From an uncultured Candidatus Rokubacteria bacterium (GTDB lineage: Bacteria > Methylomirabilota > Methylomirabilia > Rokubacteriales > CSP1-6): a stretch of DNA of 64,000 nucleotides. The position numbers and the translations under genes are program-made. Every line of letters begins with the position of its first letter. The first letter of the stretch is position 1. The DNA lies in the NCBI GenBank assembly GCA_963771355.1, contig CAVYTA010000004.1:248252-312251 (forward strand), given 5' to 3'. Of the stretch, positions 28,734 through 38,597 are shown piece after piece. The notes under the pieces are model-generated. The model was not told the origin of the DNA and searched no databases. It was given only the letters and a program-made list of their open reading frames with translations.

Positions 28734-29735
28734 ATGCCTGACGCACTGTACGGGGCCATCGTCGCCTTCACCGTGCTCAACGCGGTGATCGGCATGGTCA
28801 CCTACGTGACGCTGCTCGAGCGCAAGTTCGCGGCGCGCATGCAGTCGCGCATCGGGCCCTATCGCGTCGGCCCGCACGGCCTGCTCCAGCCCATCGCCGA
28901 CGCGCTCAAGCTGATGATGAAGGAAGACGTGGTACCGGCCCTGGCCGACCGCGGCGTCTACAACCTCGCCCCCATCGTCTTCCTGATCCCCTGCATGCTG
29001 ATCTTCGCCACCATTCCCTTCGCGCCCGGACTGGGGGTGGCCGACCTCAATATCGGCATCCTCTTCTTCCTCGCGGTGTCCGCGATGGAGATCGTGGGCC
29101 TGTTCATGGCGGGCTGGGGCTCGAACAACAAGTACGCGCTGCTCTCCGCGATGCGGGCGGTGAACCAGATCATCTCCTACGACCTGCCCTTCATCTTCGT
29201 GGCCCTGGTGCCGGTGATCCTCACCGGCTCGCTCCGCCTGGGGGACATCGCGGCGGCGCAGTCGGGCTTCTCGCCCTGGCTGCTGCCGAACTGGTTCATC
29301 TTCTACCCCCTCATCGGCCAGCTCGCCTTCCTCGCCTATATCGTCACCACGCTGGCCGCCGAGAACCGCGTGCCCTTCGACATCCTGGAGGCGGAGTCGG
29401 AGCTGGTGGCGGGCTTCCGCGTCGAGTACTCGGGCATGAAGTTCGCCCTCATCCAGCTCGGCGAGTACGCGCACATGATCGCCACCTCGTTCCTGGGCGC
29501 GCTCCTCTTCCTGGGCGCCTGGTCCGGCCCGGGGCCGGAGGCGCTGGGCCCCCTCTGGTTCCTCCTCAAGGCGATGGGCATCTTCCTGCTCGTCACCTGG
29601 GTGCGCTGGAGCTTCGTCCGCATTCGCGTGGACCAGATCCTGCAGATCTCGTGGAAGATCATGATGCCCGCCACGCTGCTGCTGCTCATGGCGACGGCGG
29701 TGTGGGTGGCGTGGAGGAGCGGCGGTGGCGCCTGA
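28734..29735 (+). CDS. nuoH: NADH-quinone oxidoreductase subunit H
   Basis: ERK...MQSRIGP, LQPIADALKL..KED, NRVPFD..EAESELV.G..VEYSG. Confidence 0.95.
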   Translation: MPDALYGAIVAFTVLNAVIGMVTYVTLLERKFAARMQSRIGPYRVGPHGLLQPIADALKLMMKEDVVPALADRGVYNLAPIVFLIPCMLIFATIPFAPGLGVADLNIGILFFLAVSAMEIVGLFMAGWGSNNKYALLSAMRAVNQIISYDLPFIFVALVPVILTGSLRLGDIAAAQSGFSPWLLPNWFIFYPLIGQLAFLAYIVTTLAAENRVPFDILEAESELVAGFRVEYSGMKFALIQLGEYAHMIATSFLGALLFLGAWSGPGPEALGPLWFLLKAMGIFLLVTWVRWSFVRIRVDQILQISWKIMMPATLLLLMATAVWVAWRSGGGA

Positions 29736-30288
29736 GGGGTCTCCGCGCGGTTTCCTGGGTGAAGTCGGCAATCTCTGCCGCGCGGTGTTCCGCGCCATGG
29801 GGAGCACCTTCATCAACTTCCTCCGGAAACCGGTCACGGTGCACTACCCCACCGTCACCCGCGACTACCCGGACCGGTTTCGCGGCGTGCTCGCGCTCAC
29901 CTACGATCCGCAGACGGGCGAGGAGAACTGCATCGGCTGCCGGCTCTGCGAGTACATCTGCCCGCCCCAGGTCATCAAGGTGGAGATGCTCAAGGCGGAG
30001 AAGCGCAACTTCGCCAAGATCTTCACCCTCGAGCTGTACGCCTGCGAGTTCTGCGAGCTCTGCGTGCAGGTGTGCCCGACGGACGCCATCATCATGATGA
30101 AGTCGTTCGACGTGGCCACCGCGGACCGGCGGGAGCTCCTCTTCGACAAGGATCGCCTCCATGCCGTTGGGCTACAGTTCGCCCCTTCCTGGGCCACCGG
30201 CAACCTCCTGCGCGACATGCAGTCGCCGCCCAAGGCGGCCAAGACGGCCGAGGTGACCCCCGGCAAGGCGGCGGGGACCGCGGAGTGA
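29725..30288 (+). CDS. nuoI: NADH-quinone oxidoreductase subunit I
   Basis: Two CxxCxxCxxxCP motifs; T.HYP...RFRG. Confidence 0.93.
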   Translation: MAPEGSPRGFLGEVGNLCRAVFRAMGSTFINFLRKPVTVHYPTVTRDYPDRFRGVLALTYDPQTGEENCIGCRLCEYICPPQVIKVEMLKAEKRNFAKIFTLELYACEFCELCVQVCPTDAIIMMKSFDVATADRRELLFDKDRLHAVGLQFAPSWATGNLLRDMQSPPKAAKTAEVTPGKAAGTAE

Positions 30289-30779
30289 GCCTGGAGCCGA
30301 TAGCCTTCGGGGCCCTGGCGGTGCTGCTGGTGGCCTCGGCCCTCGCCGTCGTCCTCACCAAGAATCTCTTCCACTCGGTCCTCTGGCTCGCCCTCACCCT
30401 CACCGGGACCGCGGGGATCTTCCTCACCCTCGACGCGGAGTTTCTCGCCGCCGTCCAGCTCCTCCTCTACGCGGGCGGGGTGGTGACCATCGCCGTCTTC
30501 GCGATCGTGGTGACGGAGCGGCTGGTGGGCGACCGCATCACCCAGACCAGCCGGCAGATCTTCAGCGGGCTCATCATCGCGGGCGCGGTGCTGGTGGGGC
30601 TCTTGACCTTCATCCTGCGGGCGCCGCTGACGCGGCCGCGGCCGCCCTTGGCGGGCGACCTCACGCGCGCCATCGGGGACGCGGTGCTGACGCGCTTCGT
30701 GCTCTCCTTCGAGCTGCTGGGCATGCTCTTCCTCGCCGCCCTGCTCGGCGCCCTCTACTTCGCGCGCCCGGACGACTAG
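30285..30779 (+). CDS. nuoJ: NADH-quinone oxidoreductase subunit J
   Basis: AEFLAAVQLLLYAGG, FELLG. Confidence 0.92.
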   Translation: MSLEPIAFGALAVLLVASALAVVLTKNLFHSVLWLALTLTGTAGIFLTLDAEFLAAVQLLLYAGGVVTIAVFAIVVTERLVGDRITQTSRQIFSGLIIAGAVLVGLLTFILRAPLTRPRPPLAGDLTRAIGDAVLTRFVLSFELLGMLFLAALLGALYFARPDD

Positions 30780-30783
30780 CGCC

Positions 30784-31095
30784 ATGCCCGCCTCGGTCTC
30801 GCTCCAGGGCTATCTCATCCTCGCCGCGGTGCTCTTCGCGATCGGGCTCTTCGGCGTGGTCACGCGCCGGAACACCATCGGCATCCTCCTCGGCATCGAG
30901 CTCATGCTCAACGCCGTCAACATCAACCTGGTCGCCTTCGCCCGCTTCAACGGCGACACCGTGGGGATGGTGTTCACGCTGTTCACGATCTCCATCACGG
31001 TGGCGGAGGTCGCGCTGGGCCTGGCCCTGGTGATCCTCATCTTCCGGGTGCGCCGTACCGCCATCGCCGACCATCTCGACCTCCTCAGGGGATGA
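30784..31095 (+). CDS. nuoK: NADH-quinone oxidoreductase subunit K
   Basis: RRN...IELMLNAVN, AEVALGLA. Confidence 0.95.
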   Translation: MPASVSLQGYLILAAVLFAIGLFGVVTRRNTIGILLGIELMLNAVNINLVAFARFNGDTVGMVFTLFTISITVAEVALGLALVILIFRVRRTAIADHLDLLRG

Positions 31096-31105
31096 CGCCC
31101 GCGCC

Positions 31106-32986
31106 ATGACCGATCCCGGCTCCCTCGTCATCCTCGCGCTCCTCCTGCCCGCGACGACCTTCCTCCTGCTGGCGCTCGCGTATCCGTTGCGGCGCCGGGG
31201 ACGGGCGGCGGGCATCGTGTCCGTCCTGGGCGCGGCGGGCGCCCTGGCCGCCGCGCTCCGGGCGTGGCAGCTGCAGAGCGCGGAGGGCTTCACGCGCATC
31301 GTCGTCGAGTGGATCCCGCAGGAGTCGGGATCGCTGGCCACGGTGGGCGTGCTCGCCGACGCGGACTCCACCGTGATGCTGGTGCTGGTGGCCCTGGTGT
31401 CGTTCCTCGTCCAGCTCTACTCGCTGGGCTATCTCGACACGGAGCCGCCGGCCTCGCTGGGCCGGTACTACGTCTATCAGGCCCTCTTCGCTTTCTCGAT
31501 GATGGGGCTGGTGCTGGCGCCCGGCTTCGTCCAGCTCTTCATCTGCTGGGAGCTGGTGGGCCTCTGCTCCTATCTCCTCATCGGCTACTGGTACGACCGG
31601 CCGGAGGCCGCGCGCGCGGCGGTGAAGGCGTTCTGGACCACCAAGGCCGGCGACGTGGGGCTGCTCGTCGGCATCGTGCTCCTGTGGTTCCGTGCCGGCA
31701 CCTTCGATTTCCTGGAGCTCTACGATCTCGTGCGTGCCGGCCAGCTCCCCCTCGCGGGGCTGGGCCTCGTGACCTTCTGCATCTACCTCGGCGCCGTCGG
31801 CAAGTCGGCCCAGTTCCCGCTCCACGTCTGGCTGCCCGACGCCATGGAAGGCCCCACGCCCGTCTCCGCCCTCATCCACGCCGCCACCATGGTCACCGCC
31901 GGGGTCTACCTCCTCAAGCGCACCAACTGGCTCTTCGCCCTCACCCCCGACGTGCTCCTCCTGGTGGGCTGGATCGGGGCCTTCACCGCGCTGCTGGCCG
32001 CGGTGCTCGCCTGCGTGCAGTCGGACATCAAGCGCGTGCTCGCGTACTCCACGGTGTCCCAGCTCGGCTACATGATGGCGGCGATGGGGGCGGGGTTCGC
32101 CGCCGCGGGCTTCCTGCACCTCCTCACCCACGGCATCTTCAAGGCGCTGCTCTTCCTCGGGGCGGGGGCGGTGATCCACGCGGTGGGCAGCAACGACATC
32201 TACCGCATGGGCGGGCTCCGCCGGCACATGCCGCAGACGACCATCGTGTTCCTGGTGGGCACGCTGTCCCTCGCCGGCATCCCGCTCTTCGGCGGCTTCT
32301 TCTCGAAGGAAGAGATCCTGGGCGCGGTGTGGAGCGGCGGCCTCTCGGTGCCGTTCTGGATGCTGGTGACGGCGGCTTTCCTCACCGCGTTCTACATGTT
32401 CCGGGTGGTGTTCATCGCCTTCTTCGGCGCTCCGGCGGCGCCCGCTCCCCTTGCGCATGGGGCGCACGGCGGCCACGGGACCCCCGGCGGCGGCCACCTC
32501 CACGACGCGCCCCCGGTGATGACCCTGCCGCTCTGGCTCCTGGCCGTCCTGTCGGTGGGGATCGGCGTGTACTTCACCATGCATCACGGCGAGCCCGAGT
32601 TCACCACGCCGCGTTGGCTCAGCCCGTTGGCAATTGCGGTGGCGGTGAGCGGCATCGCGCTGGCCTGGCTCACCTACTCGCGCCGCGTGATCAGCGCGGA
32701 CCTCCTCGCCGCGATCTTCGCGCCCATCCGCCGCGCTGCCCTCGCGCGCTTCTGGCTGGACGACCTCTTCGAAGGGCTCTACCGCGGCGCGCTCCTCGGC
32801 ATGTCGGCGGCGGTGGGCTGGGTGGACCGCTACCTCGTGGACGGGGTCGTGAACGTCCTCTCCGCGTGGACGCTCACCTGGGGCGACCGTCTCCGGCGCA
32901 TGCAGAGCGGTCTCCCGCAGGACTACGTGTACGGCCTCGCGGTGGGGCTCCTGCTGCTGCTCATCTGGGTCCAGTGGCCGCGATGA
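31106..32986 (+). CDS. nuoL: NADH-quinone oxidoreductase subunit L
   Basis: GKSAQFPLHVWLPDAMEGPTPVSALIHAATMV. Confidence 0.96.
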   Translation: MTDPGSLVILALLLPATTFLLLALAYPLRRRGRAAGIVSVLGAAGALAAALRAWQLQSAEGFTRIVVEWIPQESGSLATVGVLADADSTVMLVLVALVSFLVQLYSLGYLDTEPPASLGRYYVYQALFAFSMMGLVLAPGFVQLFICWELVGLCSYLLIGYWYDRPEAARAAVKAFWTTKAGDVGLLVGIVLLWFRAGTFDFLELYDLVRAGQLPLAGLGLVTFCIYLGAVGKSAQFPLHVWLPDAMEGPTPVSALIHAATMVTAGVYLLKRTNWLFALTPDVLLLVGWIGAFTALLAAVLACVQSDIKRVLAYSTVSQLGYMMAAMGAGFAAAGFLHLLTHGIFKALLFLGAGAVIHAVGSNDIYRMGGLRRHMPQTTIVFLVGTLSLAGIPLFGGFFSKEEILGAVWSGGLSVPFWMLVTAAFLTAFYMFRVVFIAFFGAPAAPAPLAHGAHGGHGTPGGGHLHDAPPVMTLPLWLLAVLSVGIGVYFTMHHGEPEFTTPRWLSPLAIAVAVSGIALAWLTYSRRVISADLLAAIFAPIRRAALARFWLDDLFEGLYRGALLGMSAAVGWVDRYLVDGVVNVLSAWTLTWGDRLRRMQSGLPQDYVYGLAVGLLLLLIWVQWPR

Positions 32987-34528
32987 GTCCCGTGCCCGTT
33001 CCCATCCTGTCCCTGATCACGTGGATGCCCTTCCTGGGGGCCGCTCCTCATCATGTTCGGGGCGCGGCACAACCCGTTCCTGGTGCGGCTGATCTCGGTG
33101 GTCACCACGGGGATCTCGCTGCTGCTCTCGCTGCGCATCTTCTGGCTCTACGACCGCGACGCGGCGGGCTACCAGTTCTACGAGGAGGTGTCGCTGGTCC
33201 CGCCGCTGGGCATCTCGTACCAGGTCGGCGTGGACGGCATGAGCCTCCTCATGGTGCTGCTCACCTCCATCATCATCTTCGCGGGGGTGTGGGCGTCGTG
33301 GACGGTGAAGGAGCGGAGCCAGGAGTTCTACGCGCTCCTCCTTCTGCTGGTGACCGGCGTCTACGGCGTCTTCGTCTCTCTCGACCTGTTCGTGCTCTTC
33401 CTCTTCTACGAGATCGCGGTGCTGCCGATGTACCTCCTCATCGGCATCTGGGGCTCCTCGGGCGAGGTGCGGCCGCAGGGCATCTTCGGCTGGGCGTTCC
33501 GGCGGACCGGAGTGGGGACCAAAGAATACGCGGCGATGAAGCTGACCCTCTACCTCCTCTTCGGGTCCGCGTTCATCCTCGTCGGCATCCTGGCCCTCTA
33601 CGTGGCCTCGGGCTCGTCGTCCTTCTCGCTGCTCGAGCTGGAGCAGGTGAAGTTCGGGCGGGGGCTCCAGTCGTGGGTGTTCCTCGCCTTCTACGTGGGC
33701 TTCGGCATCCTGGCCGGCATCTGGCCGCTGCACACGTGGTCGCCCGACGGCCACGCGTCGGCCCCCACCGCGGTCTCCATGCTCCACGCGGGCGTGCTGA
33801 TGAAGCTGGGCGCCTACGGCGTGGTCCGGCTCGGCATGGGCTTGCTGCCCGACGGCACGCATGAGTGGATGTGGCTGGTGGGGCTCATCGCCTGCATCAA
33901 CATCGTCTACGGCGCGCTCTCCGCCATGGCGCAGGTGGACCTCAAGTACGTCATCGCCTACTCGTCCGTCTCTCACATGGGCGTGGTGATGCTGGGGGCG
34001 GCCACCCTGACCGAGAGCGGCCTCAACGGCTCCGTGTTCCAGATGTTCGCCCACGGGCTCATGACCGGCCTCTTCTTCGCGCTGGTGGGCCTCGTCTACG
34101 AGAAGGCGCACTCGCGCGCCATCTTCAGGATGAGCGGATTCGGCAAGATGATGCCCGGCATCGCCACCGCCTTCACCATCGGCGGCCTCTCCTCGCTGGG
34201 CCTGCCCGCCACCGCCGGCTTCGTCGCCGAGTTCCTCACCTTTCTGGGCGCCTGGCAGTCACGCCATCGCTGGTGGCTGTTTCCCGCCGTGCTCGGCGCC
34301 TTTTTGACCTCGATCTACGTCCTGCGGGTGGCCAAGCAGATCTTCTGGGGCCCGCCCTCGAAGGATCCCCACTTCCGGGGCCTGGCCGATGCGGAGGGCC
34401 CGGAGTGGGTGGCCCTCATCCTCCTGGTCGGTGCCCTCGTGCTCTTCGGCGTGGCTCCGGGTATCGCGATCGGCCCGGTGGATACCGCCACCGTGCCCCT
34501 GCTGGTGCGCCTGGGGGTGCTGCCCTGA
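32983..34528 (+). CDS. nuoM: NADH-quinone oxidoreductase subunit M (1-nt frameshift at ~33036-33043)
   Basis: ATGA overlap with nuoL; PLHTWSPD.H..APT, AYSSVSHMG; first TM segment is out of frame by one base. Confidence 0.92.
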
Positions 34529-35934
34529 GCGCGCTCGGGCTGGAGCTGGGCGTCCTCGCGGTGATGCTGGTCGTCTTCTTCGGTGGGCTCTTCGGCCGCC
34601 GCGACGACACGCGGCGGGTGGGTGTGATCTCGGTGCTGGGGCTGGTGGTGCTGCTCGGCTGGGCGTTGCGGATGGAGCCGGGAGCCACGTGGCTGGGGGA
34701 GGGCTTCGTCCAGGACGAGCTGGCGCTCTTCGGCAAGCGGCTGTTCCTGGTCGCCACCGCCCTGGGGATACTCGGCTCGCTGACCTTGAGGGCGCCGGTC
34801 TTCGCGCGGCGGGCCACCGAGTACTACCTGCTCATGCTCGCCTCGCTGCTGGGCATGCTGGTGCTCGCGTCCGCGCGGGATCTCATCCTCCTCTTCGTGG
34901 CCTTCGAGCTGATGTCGATCCCGCTCTACGTGCTGGCCGGCTTCCAGAAGGGCGAGGACCTGGCGGTGGAGGCCGCGCTCAAGTTCTTCCTGGTGGGGAC
35001 GGTCTCGTCGGCGCTCATCGCCTATGGGCTGTCCTTCGTGTACGGCATCGCCCGCACCACGGCGCTGCCCGGTGTGGCCTCCGCGCTCTCGGCCGGCTCA
35101 CCGCTCATGATCCTCGGGCTCGTCATCACCCTCGCCGGGCTCGGCTTCAAGATCGCCGCCGTCCCCTTCCACATGTGGGTGCCCGACACCTACGAGGCAG
35201 CCAATGCCCCGTTCGTGGCATGGCTCTCGGTGGCGCCCAAGGCGGCCGGCTTCATCGTGATCTTCCGCCTCTACCTCGAGGGGGTGGGGGACCGCGCCGT
35301 GCTGTGGGTGCCCATCGCCACCGGGCTCGCCGCCCTCACCATCGTGGCCGGCAATCTCATGGCCATTCCTCAGCAGAACGTGAAGCGCCTGCTGGCCTAC
35401 TCCGGCATCGCGCACATCGGCTACATGCTCATCGGCTTCGCCGCCGTCTCCGCCAACGGCGTCGCGATGATGCTCTTCTACCTGGTCGCCTACCTCTTCG
35501 GGAACATGGGCGCGTTCCTGGTGGTGGAGGCGGTGACGCAGTCCGAGGGCTCGGAGCGGATCGACGCCTACAAGGGGCTCGCCCAGCGGTCCCCCGTCCT
35601 CGCGCTGGCCATGCTCCTCTTTCTCCTGTCTCTCGGCGGTATCCCGTTCGTGGCCGGCTTCTGGGCCAAGCTCTACGTATTCTGGGCCGCCGCCGACAAG
35701 GGGCTGTACTGGCTGGTGCTCCTGGGCGCCGTCCTCACCGTGGTCGCGCTTTTCTACTACCTCTTGGTGGCCAAGCGGATGTACATCGATGCGCCCGAGC
35801 GCACGGCGCCTATCCCCGTGCCGCCGCTGCTGGCCCTGGCCATCCTCATCTGCAGCCTGGGGGTGGTGATCATGGGGATCTATCCCAAGCCGTTCGTTCT
35901 GAGTGCCCTTCGCGTCGCCGCCACGCTATTCTAG
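34525..35934 (+). CDS. nuoN: NADH-quinone oxidoreductase subunit N
   Basis: FKIAAVPFHMWVPDTYE, KRLLAYSGIAH; start CTG 34525 (CTGA overlap) or GTG 34561. Confidence 0.93.
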   Translation: MSALGLELGVLAVMLVVFFGGLFGRRDDTRRVGVISVLGLVVLLGWALRMEPGATWLGEGFVQDELALFGKRLFLVATALGILGSLTLRAPVFARRATEYYLLMLASLLGMLVLASARDLILLFVAFELMSIPLYVLAGFQKGEDLAVEAALKFFLVGTVSSALIAYGLSFVYGIARTTALPGVASALSAGSPLMILGLVITLAGLGFKIAAVPFHMWVPDTYEAANAPFVAWLSVAPKAAGFIVIFRLYLEGVGDRAVLWVPIATGLAALTIVAGNLMAIPQQNVKRLLAYSGIAHIGYMLIGFAAVSANGVAMMLFYLVAYLFGNMGAFLVVEAVTQSEGSERIDAYKGLAQRSPVLALAMLLFLLSLGGIPFVAGFWAKLYVFWAAADKGLYWLVLLGAVLTVVALFYYLLVAKRMYIDAPERTAPIPVPPLLALAILICSLGVVIMGIYPKPFVLSALRVAATLF

Positions 35935-35939
35935 GAGGC

Positions 35940-36764
35940 ATGGGGAAGCTGGCGCGTCTCTCCGCATGCGCGCTCGCGCTCCTCCTGGCGGTGACGACCT
36001 CCGCCACCGCCCAGCTCGAAGCCCGGCGATTTCCCCTCGCGGACCCCAAGCAAGTAGTCGCCGGCTCCTTCTTCGCGGAGCACGCCGCGCTGCTGGCCTT
36101 GAACCCCTCGTGGGAGGCGGAGGAGCTGCGCGCGATGGGCGGCCCCGAGAAGCGCGCCGAGCTGGCCGAGTCGGCCGGCCGCATGGAGGACGACAGCCTG
36201 GCCCGCGAGCTCATTCGAGCCATGGACGCGGTGCGGAGCGCGGAGCTGACGGTCCGGGTGCTGCGCGGTCTCTTCACGGAGGAGTCGGCCTTTCTCGCCC
36301 AGGTCGACGCTGCTCAGCACCTGGTCTACATGCCGGACGGCTCCACGCGGCGGCTGCCGCTGGTGCAGGTCTGGCGGCTGCAGCGCGGTCTCGCGCGCAT
36401 CGCCGCCCGCTCGCTGGCAGCACGGCCGGCGGCCCCGCCGCTGGCCGGGACCTATACCGGGCGGGCCGAGGGGACGGATTGCCCTGTCGAGTCCGGCCCG
36501 GTGGAGCTGGTCCAGCAGGGCCGCGCGGTGGAGCTGGTGCGGGAGGGCCGCCTGCTCTTCTCGGTGGTGCTGGGGACGAGTGAGCTGGCCGCGCTCGCCA
36601 CCGAGCAGCGCCATGCCACCGTCACGCGCGGAGTGGACGGCGCCCAGGTCGATGCGCCCGACCGCGCCTCCGAGGTCTATCTGGCCCCGCTGGGCTCGCG
36701 GGATCTCGTCCTCGCCGGCAGCAAGTTCCTGGCCTGCACGTTCACGGTGACGGGCAAGCGCTAG
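35940..36764 (+). CDS. Hypothetical secreted protein
   Basis: AGGAGG RBS overlapping the nuoN stop; signal peptide ending ATA-Q. Confidence 0.7.
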   Translation: MGKLARLSACALALLLAVTTSATAQLEARRFPLADPKQVVAGSFFAEHAALLALNPSWEAEELRAMGGPEKRAELAESAGRMEDDSLARELIRAMDAVRSAELTVRVLRGLFTEESAFLAQVDAAQHLVYMPDGSTRRLPLVQVWRLQRGLARIAARSLAARPAAPPLAGTYTGRAEGTDCPVESGPVELVQQGRAVELVREGRLLFSVVLGTSELAALATEQRHATVTRGVDGAQVDAPDRASEVYLAPLGSRDLVLAGSKFLACTFTVTGKR

Positions 36765-36783
36765 TCCCGCGTCGAGTCGGCGG

Positions 36784-37773
36784 TCACGGCGCGAATCCGT
36801 CGAGCCCACGCAGGAAGTCGACGAGCGCGGCATTGACCTCCGCGGGACGCTCCTGCTGGGTCCAATGCCCGCAGCCGGGGAGAATGAGGGACTGGCGCAG
36901 CGCGGGCACGGTCTCTCGCAGCCGCGGGAGATCGCTGCGACGTCGCGCGATGACGGGATCGCGCTCGCCGGCCACGAAGAGCGCGGGCACGGTGACGGGC
37001 GCGCCTTGCCAGGCCGCCATCAGCTCCCAGGTGCGGTCGAGGTTGCGGTACCAGTTCAACCCGCCCCGGAAGCCCGTCCGCGTGAACTCCGCGGTGTAGA
37101 AGTCCACGTCCTCTTCGCGGAGCCAGGGCGGCAGGCGCGGCGGCGCCGGCATGTCGCCCAGAAAGGTCGAGCCCGGTGGTCGCGGCACGCGCCAGGCGGC
37201 GGCGTCTCCCGCGTCCCCCGAGATGCCATAGAGAACGCGGCGGATGGTGTCGCGCACGTCGCGCTCCAGCTCGGCCTCCGCTACCCCCGGCGCCTGGAAG
37301 TAGAGCATGTACATGAAGTGCGCCCCGGCGGCCCGGGCCAAGCCCTCGGTGGGACGGGTGCCTCCCCGCGGCGCGTAGGGCACGCTCAACGCGGCGACGG
37401 CGGGGAAGCGGTCCGGCCGGAGGAGGCCGGCGTTCCACGCCACCGGCGCGCCCCAGTCATGCCCCACGATCGCCGCGCGCTCGACCCCGAGGGCGTCGAG
37501 CAGGCCGACCATGTCACCCACGTGATGCAGCTGGGTGTACTGCTCCACCGCGCCGGGCCGGTCCGTGCCGCCATACCCGCGCATGTCGGGAGCCACCGCG
37601 TGGTAGCCGGCGGCGGCGAGGGCGGGGAGCTGATGCCGCCAGGAGTACCAGGACTCCGGGAAGCCGTGGCAGAGGACCACCGCGGGGCCCTCGCCCTGCT
37701 CGGCGATCCGCATGCGGATGCCGTTGGTCTCGACCACGCGATGGGAAATCGAGGGATGCGAAAGCGTGCTCAT
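36784..37773 (-). CDS. Epoxide hydrolase-like alpha/beta hydrolase
   Basis: HGFPESWYSWRHQ, GHDWGA, NWYRN, GHWTQQE. Confidence 0.93.
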   Translation of the reverse strand: MSTLSHPSISHRVVETNGIRMRIAEQGEGPAVVLCHGFPESWYSWRHQLPALAAAGYHAVAPDMRGYGGTDRPGAVEQYTQLHHVGDMVGLLDALGVERAAIVGHDWGAPVAWNAGLLRPDRFPAVAALSVPYAPRGGTRPTEGLARAAGAHFMYMLYFQAPGVAEAELERDVRDTIRRVLYGISGDAGDAAAWRVPRPPGSTFLGDMPAPPRLPPWLREEDVDFYTAEFTRTGFRGGLNWYRNLDRTWELMAAWQGAPVTVPALFVAGERDPVIARRRSDLPRLRETVPALRQSLILPGCGHWTQQERPAEVNAALVDFLRGLDGFAP

Positions 37774-37850
37774 GCGGTCTCCATCTGGCCCATTGGCCGG
37801 GGGGAATCTAGCACCTAAGTAATTGTTATGCAAACGTAATATGCTCTAAG

Positions 37851-37900
37851 TTGCCGTTCTCCCTTGGTCCATCTATACTCTGTACCGACCAGTTGGTACA
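37851..37900 (+). promoter_or_regulatory. Sigma70 promoter with TetR operator
   Basis: TTGCCG-17bp-TATACT followed by the palindrome TGTACCGAC-CA-GTTGGTACA (37881-37900). Confidence 0.75.
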
Positions 37901-37927
37901 AATCGCCGGTCAAGGTGAAAAGAGACG

Positions 37928-38545
37928 ATGGCGGTAGAGAGCAGGAGCGCCAAGGCAGCGGCCACCCGCGATCAGATCCTGGACGCGGCGGCAAGGCTCA
38001 TCCACCTGCGCGGCTATCACGGCACCTCGCTGGACGACGTGCTGCGCGAGTCGGGCGTCGGCAAGGGCAATTTCTACTACTACTTCCGCAGCAAGGAAGA
38101 CCTCGGCTTCGCGATCATCGACCGGGTGGTCGAGCGCTTCCTGGAGCGCACGCTCGAGCCGGCCTTCGTCGATCTCACGGCCGATCCGCTCGATCAGGTG
38201 CGTGCCTTCCTCGACCGGCTGCTCGAGGTCCAGCGCCAGCGCAACTGCGTGGGCGGCTGTCCCATGGGCAATCTCGCCTCGGAGCTGTCGGACGTCCACG
38301 AGGGCTTCCGGCAGCGGCTGGCGGACATCTTCGAACGCTGGCGGGTCACGCTGGCGACGACGCTGGAGCGAGGGCGCGCATCGGGGCGGCTCCGTGCGGA
38401 CCTCGACGCGCCCAGCGCGGCGGGCTTCGTGGTGGCGGCGCTCGAGGGCGCTATCCTGATGGCGAAGGTGACCAAGGACATCTCGGTCATGGAGAAGTGT
38501 GTGACCGAGCTGAAGCACCACCTCACGCTGTATGCGCGAGGCTGA
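37928..38545 (+). CDS. TetR/AcrR family regulator (NemR-like)
   Basis: HTH G.FYYYF.SKE.L; GGCPMGNL. Confidence 0.92.
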   Translation: MAVESRSAKAAATRDQILDAAARLIHLRGYHGTSLDDVLRESGVGKGNFYYYFRSKEDLGFAIIDRVVERFLERTLEPAFVDLTADPLDQVRAFLDRLLEVQRQRNCVGGCPMGNLASELSDVHEGFRQRLADIFERWRVTLATTLERGRASGRLRADLDAPSAAGFVVAALEGAILMAKVTKDISVMEKCVTELKHHLTLYARG

Positions 38546-38597
38546 TGTAACCGTGACGGCGAGCGCGGCGACCAGCTCGGCGCGCAGGAGACAGAAC

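Noticed and set aside
31264..33864. Long Arg/Pro/Gly-rich overlapping and antisense ORFs (here and throughout)
   Set aside because: They are shadow ORFs typical of high-GC coding DNA and have no family motifs.
33865..35934. 689-aa NuoN with a long N-terminal extension
   Set aside because: The extension is an alternative frame of nuoM that stays open because of high GC.
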